Shown one piece after another: positions 46,611-58,430 of a stretch of DNA of 64,000 bases (positions are counted from its first letter, which is position 1; the number at the start of each line of letters is the position of its first letter). The DNA is taken from the NCBI GenBank assembly GCA_964531275.1, contig CAZHDZ010000006.1, positions 14,963 to 78,962 on the forward strand, given 5' to 3'. The translations under genes and the position numbers were made by a program. A model generated the notes under the pieces. It had not been told where the DNA came from and did not search any database. It worked only from the letters and a program-made list of their open reading frames with translations. The DNA is from an uncultured Gammaproteobacteria bacterium (lineage in GTDB: Bacteria; Patescibacteriota; Microgenomatia; Levybacterales; GWA1-39-11).

Positions 46611-48146
46611 TTAAACTTTTTCAGTTACCTTATACTCAAGTCTCTTACCGCTAATAAGCTGGAGATGGGAAATTAACGCAGGGAGTGCTGATAAGAAAAA
46701 TCCCCCAATTGGCATAAATAAGAATTCCAAAGGAAAAAGTATTTTTCGAAGCGTTGAATATTTATGCTTACTTTTCTTAGGACCCAATGTATAGTCAACG
46801 TAAATCATGGCAAGTATAGAAACCAAGCAAAGGGTTAATATAAACGAAGAGATTTGAGGAAGAGTGTATCCAAGACTAGTTCTAGTAAATACAGGATTAA
46901 CTAAAGCCACAAGATTGGCAGAAACGGTAATAATGAACCAGTTAACCGGCCACAATATATGATCCACCAATACATTAACGATTAATGCAGTTTTTCTCCA
47001 AAAAGGTATCCCTGGAATTGTAAGATACCACTTCACATATGTTGCATCATCAGCAATCCCCCAAGACCATCTTCTTTCTTGATGATATTTATTGATAAGA
47101 CTTCTCTTATATGTCTGGGACTGCGCTGCATCCATTGAAGTTTTGAGGAATATCGGCTCAACCACTACCCTCCCCTTGGTTTTGAAAAACGCCTTAAAAA
47201 ACACTCTATAATCTTCTGGAATAACATCAACATCCCAATTCCCAATATCCATCAGTAATTTATATGAAAGGGTATATACAGAATTTGGAACAAGGCGAGC
47301 ATGCTGAACGAGTACTGACGTGCGCCAAAGACTTCCGAAAAAAGAAATAACTCTTGTAAAAGATGGAACCTGCCAGAAGTTATTATATGTGACATTTGCT
47401 GACTGCCAGAAAGTAAAGAGTGGGTCAGGAATGGTTAGGAAAGAATATGCAAGATACGAGAAAAATGCTTTATCGAATAGCACATCTGCATCAGCTGAGG
47501 TTACTGTCATAAAGTTAATATCAAGCTTCCCTGATTTAACGAGTCTTTTATAAGCATCTGCAGCAGCGAACGCCTGATTTGAAGATTTTCCCTTAACCTC
47601 ATTCGGAAGATCAGGGTGCAAGGTATAATAAAAACCACCAAATATTTTTTCGTACTCTTTTTTCAATTTGTCTCCCTTAACGCTAACCTCCTCTTCTCTT
47701 GCTTCAAAAGCCATATAAATGTGCATTTGCTTCTTAGGAAATGTCTGGTCATTAATACTCTCAAGTGTTTCTTTTATTTTTTCGTAGCTTTCTTTATAAC
47801 TTGGAATAACAATGAGATGATTTATCTTGGAAAAATTAGGTAATTTTTCTGCCATAGAAAGCCAGTCGGTTTTCTCAGCTGCTCTAATCTTTCTTGCTGC
47901 AATAAATGACATTATTACAAGATTTACTGCCTTATAGAACCAGTACACATCGAAAATAATAATAAAATAGGAAAGAGCGACCGGGAAAAAATAGGCACCC
48001 CACAACGGCATTGTTATCAAAAATAATGCAATGAGTGGAGGAATTATCTCCAATGCCCTCCGGGATTTTACAGGATACCGAGTGAAAAGACGATCAAGTA
48101 TTGTATGCATGTTAGCAGCTAAAAACTGAATGGAAATTACGCTCAA
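46611..48146 (-). CDS. Membrane-embedded processive family-2 glycosyltransferase (cellulose/chitin-synthase-like) with QxxRW motif
   Basis: IVIPSYKE, DQT and D,D motifs, and QERRWSWG (QxxRW). TM helices flank the catalytic domain. Confidence 0.75.
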   Translation of the reverse strand: MSVISIQFLAANMHTILDRLFTRYPVKSRRALEIIPPLIALFLITMPLWGAYFFPVALSYFIIIFDVYWFYKAVNLVIMSFIAARKIRAAEKTDWLSMAEKLPNFSKINHLIVIPSYKESYEKIKETLESINDQTFPKKQMHIYMAFEAREEEVSVKGDKLKKEYEKIFGGFYYTLHPDLPNEVKGKSSNQAFAAADAYKRLVKSGKLDINFMTVTSADADVLFDKAFFSYLAYSFLTIPDPLFTFWQSANVTYNNFWQVPSFTRVISFFGSLWRTSVLVQHARLVPNSVYTLSYKLLMDIGNWDVDVIPEDYRVFFKAFFKTKGRVVVEPIFLKTSMDAAQSQTYKRSLINKYHQERRWSWGIADDATYVKWYLTIPGIPFWRKTALIVNVLVDHILWPVNWFIITVSANLVALVNPVFTRTSLGYTLPQISSFILTLCLVSILAMIYVDYTLGPKKSKHKYSTLRKILFPLEFLFMPIGGFFLSALPALISHLQLISGKRLEYKVTEKV

Positions 48147-48930
48147 TTTGAGCCTCTAGTGTATTATATGCAATTCCTTTAGCCTTAGCAATGAAGTCTA
48201 AAATGAGGGGAATATTTGCGGGAGTATTCCTTTGCCCTCTCACTACTTGAGGAGACAAAAAAGGGCTGTCTGTCTCTGTTAATATTCGATCATACGGAAC
48301 ATATTCAATAAGATCTAGCAGACTTGTACTTTCTCCCGGCGGGACACCACCATATGTAATATTTCCATCAAATCCAGTATAAAATCCCATTTCTAGAACT
48401 TTTTTTGCAAACTCTTTGCTCCCTGAAAAACAGTGAAACATGCCCGGCACAGGCAATAATTGCTCTTTGTAGTCGGAAAGGATTGATAGTGTTTTGTCCC
48501 AAGCAAGACGTGTGTGGATTTGCAATGGTAGCGAGAGTTTTATGGAAAGTTCAATTTGCTTTCTGAATGCATCTTCCTGAAGGTCTTCGGCTACAATCCC
48601 ATTCGTTCTGTAGTTCCAAAAATCCATACCAATCTCTCCGATGCCTATTACTTTTGGCATCTTTGCAAGCTTCTCTAATTCGCTCAACCATTCAGTATGC
48701 AATTCTCCTTCAAATTCGATGTCGGATTTGTCTGCGTGGTGCGGGTGAACACCAACGATTGCATATAAATTCTCATATTTTTGAGCTAATTCTACAGTTT
48801 TTCTTGAAGAAGGTATAGAAGTTCCTGTATTTACAATTGTTGTAACTCCTTTTTCGTATGCGTCTTTTATAACGTCGTCTACGTCACTATCGAATTTATG
48901 GAAATTTAAGTGACAATGTACGTCTATCAT
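48112..48930 (-). CDS. tatD: TatD-family metal-dependent hydrolase/DNase
   Basis: MIDVHCHLNF start and a conserved His/Glu/Asp scaffold. Confidence 0.85.
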   Translation of the reverse strand: MIDVHCHLNFHKFDSDVDDVIKDAYEKGVTTIVNTGTSIPSSRKTVELAQKYENLYAIVGVHPHHADKSDIEFEGELHTEWLSELEKLAKMPKVIGIGEIGMDFWNYRTNGIVAEDLQEDAFRKQIELSIKLSLPLQIHTRLAWDKTLSILSDYKEQLLPVPGMFHCFSGSKEFAKKVLEMGFYTGFDGNITYGGVPPGESTSLLDLIEYVPYDRILTETDSPFLSPQVVRGQRNTPANIPLILDFIAKAKGIAYNTLEAQIERNFHSVFSC

Positions 48931-48932
48931 AA

Positions 48933-49577
48933 TTAAGTCATCGGTGAGATCAATGGAACCATTTTAAAGTTTTCGTCTTTGTAAGCAGGATCGGCAATAT
49001 CTATGAAGTTGTTAATAATGAAGCAATTCCTATCGTTACCTTTTCTGTCTTGGAATATAGTTTCTGTTCTAACGAATATATCATTCCAAGGATTAGATTT
49101 TTTTTCTTTCTCCTGGCTATGCATTATGCCAACATATTCCGCCACGCTACCTCGTCTAACACTTACTCCAGCAACTTCCTGTTCGAATCTTGATGCAAAT
49201 TCATCAATCTGCTCAGTGCTCTCATCAAATGTCATATTATTGCTACCCTCCAACGCCACTTCGGGTAAAATAGCGTATTCAGAATTTTCTGGCCACGAAA
49301 AGAGCAGTCTTTCAATTTCCTGGTCGCTAATTAAGCCCGCGCTCATACTCCTAAGTCTGTCTTTTTTCTGCTCAACAGTAAGACCACTACTACCAACCTG
49401 GATAATTTTGCAACCTTTTGCAATCAAAGACTCTCTGGTTGCTTCAGAAAATTGTCTTGTTGGATTCTTAACTTCTTCTTTATGCGGCAACAAACCTACT
49501 GTGTCTGCTGCAGCCTTTAGGGGAAGCGGTTGATCCAGTGCAAGTTCTCCATCCATAGTAATTAGTATACCAACCAA
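48933..49577 (-). CDS. Hypothetical protein (214 aa)
   Basis: ORF track only. Confidence 0.4.
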   Translation of the reverse strand: MVGILITMDGELALDQPLPLKAAADTVGLLPHKEEVKNPTRQFSEATRESLIAKGCKIIQVGSSGLTVEQKKDRLRSMSAGLISDQEIERLLFSWPENSEYAILPEVALEGSNNMTFDESTEQIDEFASRFEQEVAGVSVRRGSVAEYVGIMHSQEKEKKSNPWNDIFVRTETIFQDRKGNDRNCFIINNFIDIADPAYKDENFKMVPLISPMT

Positions 49578-49609
49578 ATCGTGAAGTTATTAAATAAAAT
49601 CGAGTCTTT

Positions 49610-51573
<1,964 letters not shown>

Positions 51574-51733
51574 CTAAGGTAACTTGAGTTGGGCTGTTTG
51601 TAGTTATACAAAAGTGTTATCAATTTGTCAAGATGTCTGCTAATTTAAACTGCTTTCGCTTGCAAAAAGTTCAAAAATCTTCTACGCTAATATCATCTTG
51701 TGTTGCAGGCTGTTGTGTCTGTGATGGCTACAA

Positions 51734-52852
51734 ATGAATATTTTTAAGAATAAGTTCTTTTTACTTGGTAATCTCGCATTTTTGTTATTGGCTATCCCGG
51801 TTGTTCTTTTTATCGTCAAGAATCAAACATCAACAAGAGGCAGCGCCGCTGCAACAACTACGCTTTCCTTTATAAATCCATCTATAACAACAGATCAATG
51901 CGACCAAACTAAAACCTCAAGACTTGTACTCAATCCAGGAGATAACATAGTAAGCACCATTCAACTCGCACTCAAGTGGGATAAAACAAAATTCGATATT
52001 AACTTTGCACCAAATACCACCGCCTTCCCACAAACTCTTAAGGGGCCTGAGCAAACCGCAGATGGGATGACCATTACCCTAAATATAGGAGCTGATGTTA
52101 CAAAGGCAGTGAGTACAACAACTGACGTAGGAACAATTACAATAAAACCAATTGCTCCAACCAATGGAACAGTCATATCACTTCAAATTGATACTGCAGG
52201 CACTAAGGCATACTCACTTGCCCAGCAGGATGGCACAACTGAAAATGTTTTTAACCCTGCCGGAACCTCCCCCCTACAAATCTCCATTGAATCAAAAACC
52301 TGCGGCGGTCAGGCAAATCCAACAGGAGGGGTTAGTCCGTCACCATCTATATCAACTATTCCCTCTCCGACATCTGCAACGACCAATCAGTCCCCTACAT
52401 GTCTAGCGCTTAACTCTTCTGTTGCGACGGGAGCTGCTCCTTTATCAGTTAATTTTACGGCAACAGGAAAAGACGCAGATGGAACCATCTCGAAGGCGAC
52501 ATTCAATTTTGGCAATGGTGCTCAGCAAGATGTAACGACAGGACTCGGAACTGCATCAGCCTCAGCTCAACTTGCATATACGTACACCTCAGGAGGCACA
52601 TTTACTGCTACTGCAGTATTTACTGACAACAATGGAGCTGTTAGTGCTTTATGCCAAAAACAGATTACCGTCTCGGGAGCTGTTGCAACACTTGCCCCGA
52701 CAGCGACTTCCACACCAGTCCCAATGACTCCAACAACTCCTCCCACTGCGACTCCAACAATTGCAGACACAGGAACGCTTACTACGACCGTAGGAATAAT
52801 CGGAGGCGTAATCCTGGTAATCTTCGCTGGGATATTCTTGCTAGTCCTCTAA
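51734..52852 (+). CDS. Cell-surface protein with signal peptide, PKD-like domain, Pro/Thr linker and C-terminal hydrophobic anchor (IADTG + TM)
   Basis: A PKD-like sequence (NFTATGKDADGTISKATFNFGNGAQQDVTTG...YTYTSGGTFTATAVFTDNNGAVSA). C-terminal TM with no charged tail. Confidence 0.6.
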   Translation: MNIFKNKFFLLGNLAFLLLAIPVVLFIVKNQTSTRGSAAATTTLSFINPSITTDQCDQTKTSRLVLNPGDNIVSTIQLALKWDKTKFDINFAPNTTAFPQTLKGPEQTADGMTITLNIGADVTKAVSTTTDVGTITIKPIAPTNGTVISLQIDTAGTKAYSLAQQDGTTENVFNPAGTSPLQISIESKTCGGQANPTGGVSPSPSISTIPSPTSATTNQSPTCLALNSSVATGAAPLSVNFTATGKDADGTISKATFNFGNGAQQDVTTGLGTASASAQLAYTYTSGGTFTATAVFTDNNGAVSALCQKQITVSGAVATLAPTATSTPVPMTPTTPPTATPTIADTGTLTTTVGIIGGVILVIFAGIFLLVL

Positions 52853-52858
52853 AGGTTT

Positions 52859-54619
52859 CTAGACCTTAAGGATACTCATGAATGCCTCTTTGGGGACGTT
52901 AACTCGACCAATTGACTTCATCTTCTTCTTTCCTTCCTTTTGTTTGTCGAGTAATTTATCTTTTCTTGTTCTGTCTCCACCATACAGCTTTCCCGTAACA
53001 TCTTTCATGTAAGCTCCTATCTTTTCGGACGCAACAATCTTTGCTCCAACTTGAGCTCTTACCGCGATCTGGAATGAATGCTTTGGGATACTCTTGGATA
53101 GGACTTCAACAATTTTCCTCGAAAATGACTCTGTAGTAGAACGGTGAAGTATAAAAGAAAGCTCCGGAATAACAACATCATTTACAGAAATGTCCACTCG
53201 CTCTAAATCTGAATTACGATAGTCTAAAAATTCGTAGTCAAAAGATGCGTATCCAGCTGAAGCAGATTTAAGCTTGTCATAGAAGTCGTAGACGATATTA
53301 GATAACGGCATCTCAAATGTTATTTTCACTTGATTTCCAAAATACGTTACGTCCCCCTCCATTCCCCGACCTTTATAGACAAGATCTAATATTCCGCCCA
53401 TGTATTGAGCTGGTGTATACACTTCTCCTGATATGAATGGCTCCTTTATATCATTTCTAGAAATATCAAAATCTTTTGGAGAAGAGACCTCTTGCCCATC
53501 AACCAAGTATAATATGGAAGGCGGTGCACTAAAAACGTCGAGATTATATTCGCGTTCTATTCTTTCCATTACAATCTGTGAGTGTAAAAGTCCTAAGAAT
53601 CCACACCTAAAACCCGATCCAAAAACTGTTGAATAATCCGGAGCTATAACTAGAGCCGCATCAGTTAATTTTAAAGAATACACTGCCTTTCGAAGATTTT
53701 GGAAATCCGACGAATCGGTTGGGTAGATAGAAAGATATACAAATGACTTTTGCTCTTTATACCCAGGGAGGCTTTCTCCTGGATTCTTAGAAAGGGTCAT
53801 TGTGTCTCCAACTTTAGCCTGTGTAATATCTTTAATATTGGTAATAACAAATCCCACATCGCCACTCTTTAATGCTGGGGCTGAAGTAAAGGTGGGGGAC
53901 ATGAATCCTACATCCATAACAAGTGCCTTTGAATTATCTGAGAGAAATGTAATCTCATCACCTTTTCTAATTTCTCCATTTCTTACCCTAATAAAAATAA
54001 CAATTCCCCGATGGTCGTCATACTTTGAATCGAAAATGAGTGCTTGCGTGTTGTCGGTATCAGATCCTGTTGGAGAGGGGATCTTATCAATCAGAATCTC
54101 CACTAATTTCTCTACTCCAAGCCCAGTTTTGGCGCTAATTCGGACAATTTCCTCTTTTTGAAATCCAAAAGATTCTACAATTTCATTTTCAACCCTATCA
54201 ATTTCAGCACTATCAAGATCGACCTTATTAACGACAGGTATTATGACTAGCCCCAAGCTCTTTGCCACGTTGAAATGGCTTACGGTTTGCGCCTGAATAC
54301 CTTTCGTAGCATCAACCACAAGAATTGCTCCCTCGCATGCATATAGAGTTCTTACAACTTCATATGAAAAATCTACGTGTCCGGGGGTATCGATTAGATT
54401 AAGTATGTAGTCTTGAGAATTTAGCTTGTACTTCATGTGCACAGGAGCAAGTTTTATGGTGATACCTCTTTCTCGTGAAATGGGGTTGCTATCCAAAAAT
54501 TGCTCCTGGTCAAGATCTTTACCGGTTAAGGTGCCAGTCAAAGCCATCAATCTATCTGCAAGAGTAGACTTCCCATGATCCACGTGGGCAATAATCGCAA
54601 AGTTCCTAATATTATTCAT
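52859..54619 (-). CDS. lepA: Elongation factor 4 (LepA)
   Basis: NFAIIAHVDHGKSTLADR G-domain and the LepA-specific C-terminal domain. Confidence 0.95.
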   Translation of the reverse strand: MNNIRNFAIIAHVDHGKSTLADRLMALTGTLTGKDLDQEQFLDSNPISRERGITIKLAPVHMKYKLNSQDYILNLIDTPGHVDFSYEVVRTLYACEGAILVVDATKGIQAQTVSHFNVAKSLGLVIIPVVNKVDLDSAEIDRVENEIVESFGFQKEEIVRISAKTGLGVEKLVEILIDKIPSPTGSDTDNTQALIFDSKYDDHRGIVIFIRVRNGEIRKGDEITFLSDNSKALVMDVGFMSPTFTSAPALKSGDVGFVITNIKDITQAKVGDTMTLSKNPGESLPGYKEQKSFVYLSIYPTDSSDFQNLRKAVYSLKLTDAALVIAPDYSTVFGSGFRCGFLGLLHSQIVMERIEREYNLDVFSAPPSILYLVDGQEVSSPKDFDISRNDIKEPFISGEVYTPAQYMGGILDLVYKGRGMEGDVTYFGNQVKITFEMPLSNIVYDFYDKLKSASAGYASFDYEFLDYRNSDLERVDISVNDVVIPELSFILHRSTTESFSRKIVEVLSKSIPKHSFQIAVRAQVGAKIVASEKIGAYMKDVTGKLYGGDRTRKDKLLDKQKEGKKKMKSIGRVNVPKEAFMSILKV

Positions 54620-54642
54620 ACTTGGGAATTATACCAGACAAA

Positions 54643-56295
54643 CTAGGGATTGAGCTTAGATCCATCAAGAAGTTCTCCAATTTGTTTTATAATTTTATTC
54701 TTATTTCTGAATTGTTTGGCAACAGCGATTATGTAATACGCTTCTTTTATATCCAAAAGCCATGTAAAGAAAATATATGCAACAATACCAGTCACAGATG
54801 CAATACCAGTCAGAATGAGAAGATTGATCGTTCTTGTTGTGTCAAATACTAACTGATCCAATAATTTAATTGGTATATAAAGAGCAACTCCCATAACAAG
54901 CGTTGCAGTTAAAATTTTCATTGAGGTAATAGCAATTTCAAGCTTCGGAAGCATAACTTTTGCATTAAGCGTTATCAGTAAAAGAAGAAAACTTATGATA
55001 TTCCCTATGCTAAATGATATCCCCAGATAGTAAACAGGAAATTTTAAATACAATATAAAATAATAGGAAAGCGCAATATTTATCACAACAGAAAAAAGAG
55101 TAATAAAGAAAGGAGTTTGGGAATCTTTTAATGCAAAAAATGCTCTTGCGCAAAGATAAATTGCACTCTGAGCAGCTATAGATACCCCTAATAGTGCGAG
55201 CGTTAAACCAGTCGAAACTGTCGCATCCCAATCAAATCTTGAAGCACCGAAAAATAACCTAACTACAGGTATTCTTAGAACAATAAGAAGCGCGCTGACG
55301 GGTAAGGTCAGATACATAATTTGATTCAGAGAAGAAACGAAGATTGAGACAAATTCATCAGGATTTTTTGCCTTCATAGCTAGCGTAGGGAATGATGCCT
55401 GAGCTATGGACTGCCCAAATAAAATTACTGGGGCAAGCATTAGGGTTTGGGCAAGCTCCAAGACAACAAGCCCCCGGGAAGTCGTAAATGAAGCAAAAAA
55501 TACGTTCGCAGTAATTGATATCTGAGCAACAAGGAGGGTTAAAGAACGAGGCACCATAAGCTGTACTATCTTATTGACTGCATCATCGCGCTGAAACGTT
55601 GGACGAAAATGGAAGCCTGTTCCTTTCAGCATCGGCAGTTGTATTACAAAAAAGAAAAATGCCCCCACGACTACTCCCAGAGTTGCCCCATATATTCCCA
55701 TATGAAATACTCCAGAAAGAAGAGTGAGGCCTATTATTATTCCTAAATTGTAAAGTGCAGATGCAATGCCCGGAACCAGAAAGTGTTGATACGACTGCAG
55801 CATCCCAGAAAAAACCGTACCCACAACAAAAAATACTTGAGATAATTGAATTATTATCATGAGATTTGACATCAAACGAAGCTCATTCTCTGAAAAACCA
55901 GGAGCAATAACCTTAGACAAAGGATATGCAAAAATAATTACAAACAATGATATTACGGTAAATATTGCTACCCCATAAGTAAGAATTGCCGAAGTAAACC
56001 TGTCGGATTCAGCTTTCTTATTCTGAGCAATAAAATCGGAGAATAGGGGAATAAACGAAGTTGAAAGCGCGCCAGCAATAAATATTTGGAATAGAAAATC
56101 CGGAACTCTAAAGGCTGCGAGAAAAACTCCAAGTTCGCTTGATGCACCAAATATCGCAACTAACAAACGGTATTTGAGTAGACCCAATATCTGACCGAAG
56201 ATAGTTGTTGCCACAATAAAAAATGCAGCAGTAAAAATGTTTGACTGCTTTTGCGTAAGAGCCTGGAGTCCTTTCTTTACAATGTCCTTTACCAT
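54643..56295 (-). CDS. murJ: Lipid II flippase MurJ (MviN)
   Basis: 14-TM MOP-superfamily pattern; a FRVPDFLFQ motif near the N-terminus. Confidence 0.85.
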   Translation of the reverse strand: MVKDIVKKGLQALTQKQSNIFTAAFFIVATTIFGQILGLLKYRLLVAIFGASSELGVFLAAFRVPDFLFQIFIAGALSTSFIPLFSDFIAQNKKAESDRFTSAILTYGVAIFTVISLFVIIFAYPLSKVIAPGFSENELRLMSNLMIIIQLSQVFFVVGTVFSGMLQSYQHFLVPGIASALYNLGIIIGLTLLSGVFHMGIYGATLGVVVGAFFFFVIQLPMLKGTGFHFRPTFQRDDAVNKIVQLMVPRSLTLLVAQISITANVFFASFTTSRGLVVLELAQTLMLAPVILFGQSIAQASFPTLAMKAKNPDEFVSIFVSSLNQIMYLTLPVSALLIVLRIPVVRLFFGASRFDWDATVSTGLTLALLGVSIAAQSAIYLCARAFFALKDSQTPFFITLFSVVINIALSYYFILYLKFPVYYLGISFSIGNIISFLLLLITLNAKVMLPKLEIAITSMKILTATLVMGVALYIPIKLLDQLVFDTTRTINLLILTGIASVTGIVAYIFFTWLLDIKEAYYIIAVAKQFRNKNKIIKQIGELLDGSKLNP

Positions 56296-56501
56296 AGAAT
56301 AGCAATACTCAATCTTTTTGAGGCTTCTTTTGTTGTATTTAGTCTCTATCCATGTTAGAATAACAGCGATCCTTTTACAACAAGCCGTAGATTTGTTGAG
56401 GAATTCTTAAGAGAACGACTACAATAAGACCTGTCTTATTGATGAGTTTTTGGAAAAAACGAATACAACAACCATAGGATTGTTAAAAAATTTATAAAAA
56501 T

Positions 56502-56816
56502 ATGCCAGTCATTAAATCAGCAATTAAAAAATTGCGTCAAGACAAAAAGAAAGAAAAACAGAATGATGCAATTCGCGAGCAGCTAAAATCTGCAATTAGA
56601 TCAGCTAAAAAAGTCAAAACAGGCAAATCTGTAACAAAAGCAATCTCAAAAGTTGATAAAGCTGCTAAATTGAATATTATTCACAACAATAAAGCAGCCA
56701 GACTCAAATCATCGCTATCAAAACTTGCAAAACCAGTGAGTTCGAAGATTACCGAAAAGGTGGCCGCTAAATCTACAAAAAAAGCTACACCAAAAAAGAC
56801 TACTACTAAGAAATAA
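56502..56816 (+). CDS. rpsT: 30S ribosomal protein S20 with Lys-rich C-terminal extension
   Basis: MPVIKSAIKKLRQDKKKEKQN... Confidence 0.8.
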   Translation: MPVIKSAIKKLRQDKKKEKQNDAIREQLKSAIRSAKKVKTGKSVTKAISKVDKAAKLNIIHNNKAARLKSSLSKLAKPVSSKITEKVAAKSTKKATPKKTTTKK

Positions 56817-56921
56817 TTCTTTTCCAGCCTCATTTATTTTCTTTTTTCTTTGACATACGTCCTAAAAAACCCTACACTAAATTAAGTACCCAGCATGGGC
56901 TATTTTGCTGTGGTGATTTGT

Positions 56922-57491
56922 ATGGCAAAGAGACCTGCTCCAAAAATTAACATAAATTTAAGCTCTCGTGGGAAGGCTACTGTTGGAAAAGTTATTTACG
57001 GTTGGACGGTTGACGCAGGCAGAGCAATAATTGTCAGCATCGAACTTATCGCTCTTATTGCCTTGGGCTATAGATTTGTAATAGACAGACAAATCGTAGA
57101 CCTTCATGATCAAATAAAAACACAAGAGGCATATATTGCTGCTCAAGCCGCTGACGAAAAAACATATAGAGGCATACAAGACAGACTTAAGAACATAAAA
57201 ACAATTAATCAAGAAACCGCAGCAAAAGCAGCGCTTACAAACGAACTCCTTAATGCAATCTCACAAGGAACTTTTTTCTCAACGAATCTTACCGTTAGTG
57301 ACAGAACGATTTACATTGACGGAAGTACATTCTCAATCTATACGTTGACTAGCTTTTTAGATGGCCTTAAGAATTTTTCTTCAGTTGCTGCCATAACAAT
57401 TGATGAGATTAATACAGCCGATGAAGGGGTTCGTTTTAAATGTAGAATAGAGATAAAAAATACAGAAGCAACACCTGAAGCTGCAAGTTAA
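56922..57491 (+). CDS. PilN-like type IV pilus assembly protein (short cytoplasmic N-terminus with ININL motif, single TM, periplasmic coiled coil)
   Basis: KININLSS resembles the PilM-binding INLLP motif of PilN. The TM IIVSIELIALIALGYRFV. Followed by a PilO-like gene. Confidence 0.6.
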   Translation: MAKRPAPKININLSSRGKATVGKVIYGWTVDAGRAIIVSIELIALIALGYRFVIDRQIVDLHDQIKTQEAYIAAQAADEKTYRGIQDRLKNIKTINQETAAKAALTNELLNAISQGTFFSTNLTVSDRTIYIDGSTFSIYTLTSFLDGLKNFSSVAAITIDEINTADEGVRFKCRIEIKNTEATPEAAS

Positions 57492-57492
57492 T

Positions 57493-58116
57493 ATGCAAAA
57501 GAATACTGAAAAAATAACAGCAGAGTTAAAGGCATTAATAACGAGAGGAAATACTAGTCTTAACGATGCCAAAAACAAACAAAAAGCAGTCGCGTATCTT
57601 TATATAATCTTTTCATTTATTGCACTCTCATTTTTCGGAATATTTGCAATTGGCCCAACCATTGCAACGATTTCTGACCTTAACAAGCAGTATGAGGAAA
57701 AAACTACTGCGCTTAAGCAACTTGAAGCAAAAAATGCTGCGCTTAAAGCGTTGGGCGCAAAATATATTGATATCCAATCAGATCTTCCGCTTATTGATGC
57801 CGCCATACCTCTCAGTCCAAAGGTGGGAGAATTAACCAGACAACTTGAGGCATTAACTCTTAGCAATGACTTAGTTGTTCAAAAACTCGATACTGGACTG
57901 ATGGAACTATACCCTGCAATAAATAATACGTCGTCTGTATTTGCATACACATTTTCTATTAGTGTCTCAGGAACCGAACAAGACATAAATAGATTTATTG
58001 GAGATGTCATAAATATGGGCAGAATGGTAGGAATAGATAAGCTGACTACGGGAAAAAAGCTTGAAAATATCTATACTGCATCAATAACAGGAAAAGCTTA
58101 TTTTATCAAAAACTAA
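57493..58116 (+). CDS. PilO-like type IV pilus assembly protein
   Basis: Short N-terminus, one TM, coiled coil, then an alpha/beta domain. Position after the PilN-like gene. Confidence 0.55.
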   Translation: MQKNTEKITAELKALITRGNTSLNDAKNKQKAVAYLYIIFSFIALSFFGIFAIGPTIATISDLNKQYEEKTTALKQLEAKNAALKALGAKYIDIQSDLPLIDAAIPLSPKVGELTRQLEALTLSNDLVVQKLDTGLMELYPAINNTSSVFAYTFSISVSGTEQDINRFIGDVINMGRMVGIDKLTTGKKLENIYTASITGKAYFIKN

Positions 58117-58118
58117 CT

Positions 58119-58430
58119 ATGTTAAAGAATCTTATTTTACTTTCCGGTTTTAGTACATTTGCCGTTATTGTAATAATCGGTTTTAATATTTACCACAACA
58201 ACACCATATCTTCTCTTCCAGAAGTTACACAAGAAAGAGTATTGAATATACCCTCAACATTTGATGAGCAAACTATTGAAAGTCTCAGAACTCGCAAGTC
58301 GATAGAAGTTAATATTACAGATAAAACAACTGTTGTTTCTGAGGATTCAAAAAATGCATCAACTAATCCCATCTCACTACCCGAAGACTTAAATCGAGAA
58401 CAAGCAAGTAGCAGCGCTACGCCATTATGA
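58119..58430 (+). CDS. Small membrane-anchored hypothetical protein
   Basis: ORF track; one N-terminal TM. Confidence 0.4.
   Translation: MLKNLILLSGFSTFAVIVIIGFNIYHNNTISSLPEVTQERVLNIPSTFDEQTIESLRTRKSIEVNITDKTTVVSEDSKNASTNPISLPEDLNREQASSSATPL

Noticed and set aside
51618-51644. Possible CIRCE upstream of groES (TTATCAATT-N9-GTCTGCTAA)
   Set aside because: Only 5-6 positions per arm match and the inverted-repeat symmetry is poor, so it is not reported as a feature. It is mentioned only as a weak candidate in a finding.
51574-51733. 160-nt groES / PKD-protein divergent intergenic region with an imperfect palindrome CCAACTAAGGTAACTTGAGTTGG
   Set aside because: It has only a 6-bp perfect stem and resembles no known operator. 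It is likely just a promoter region.
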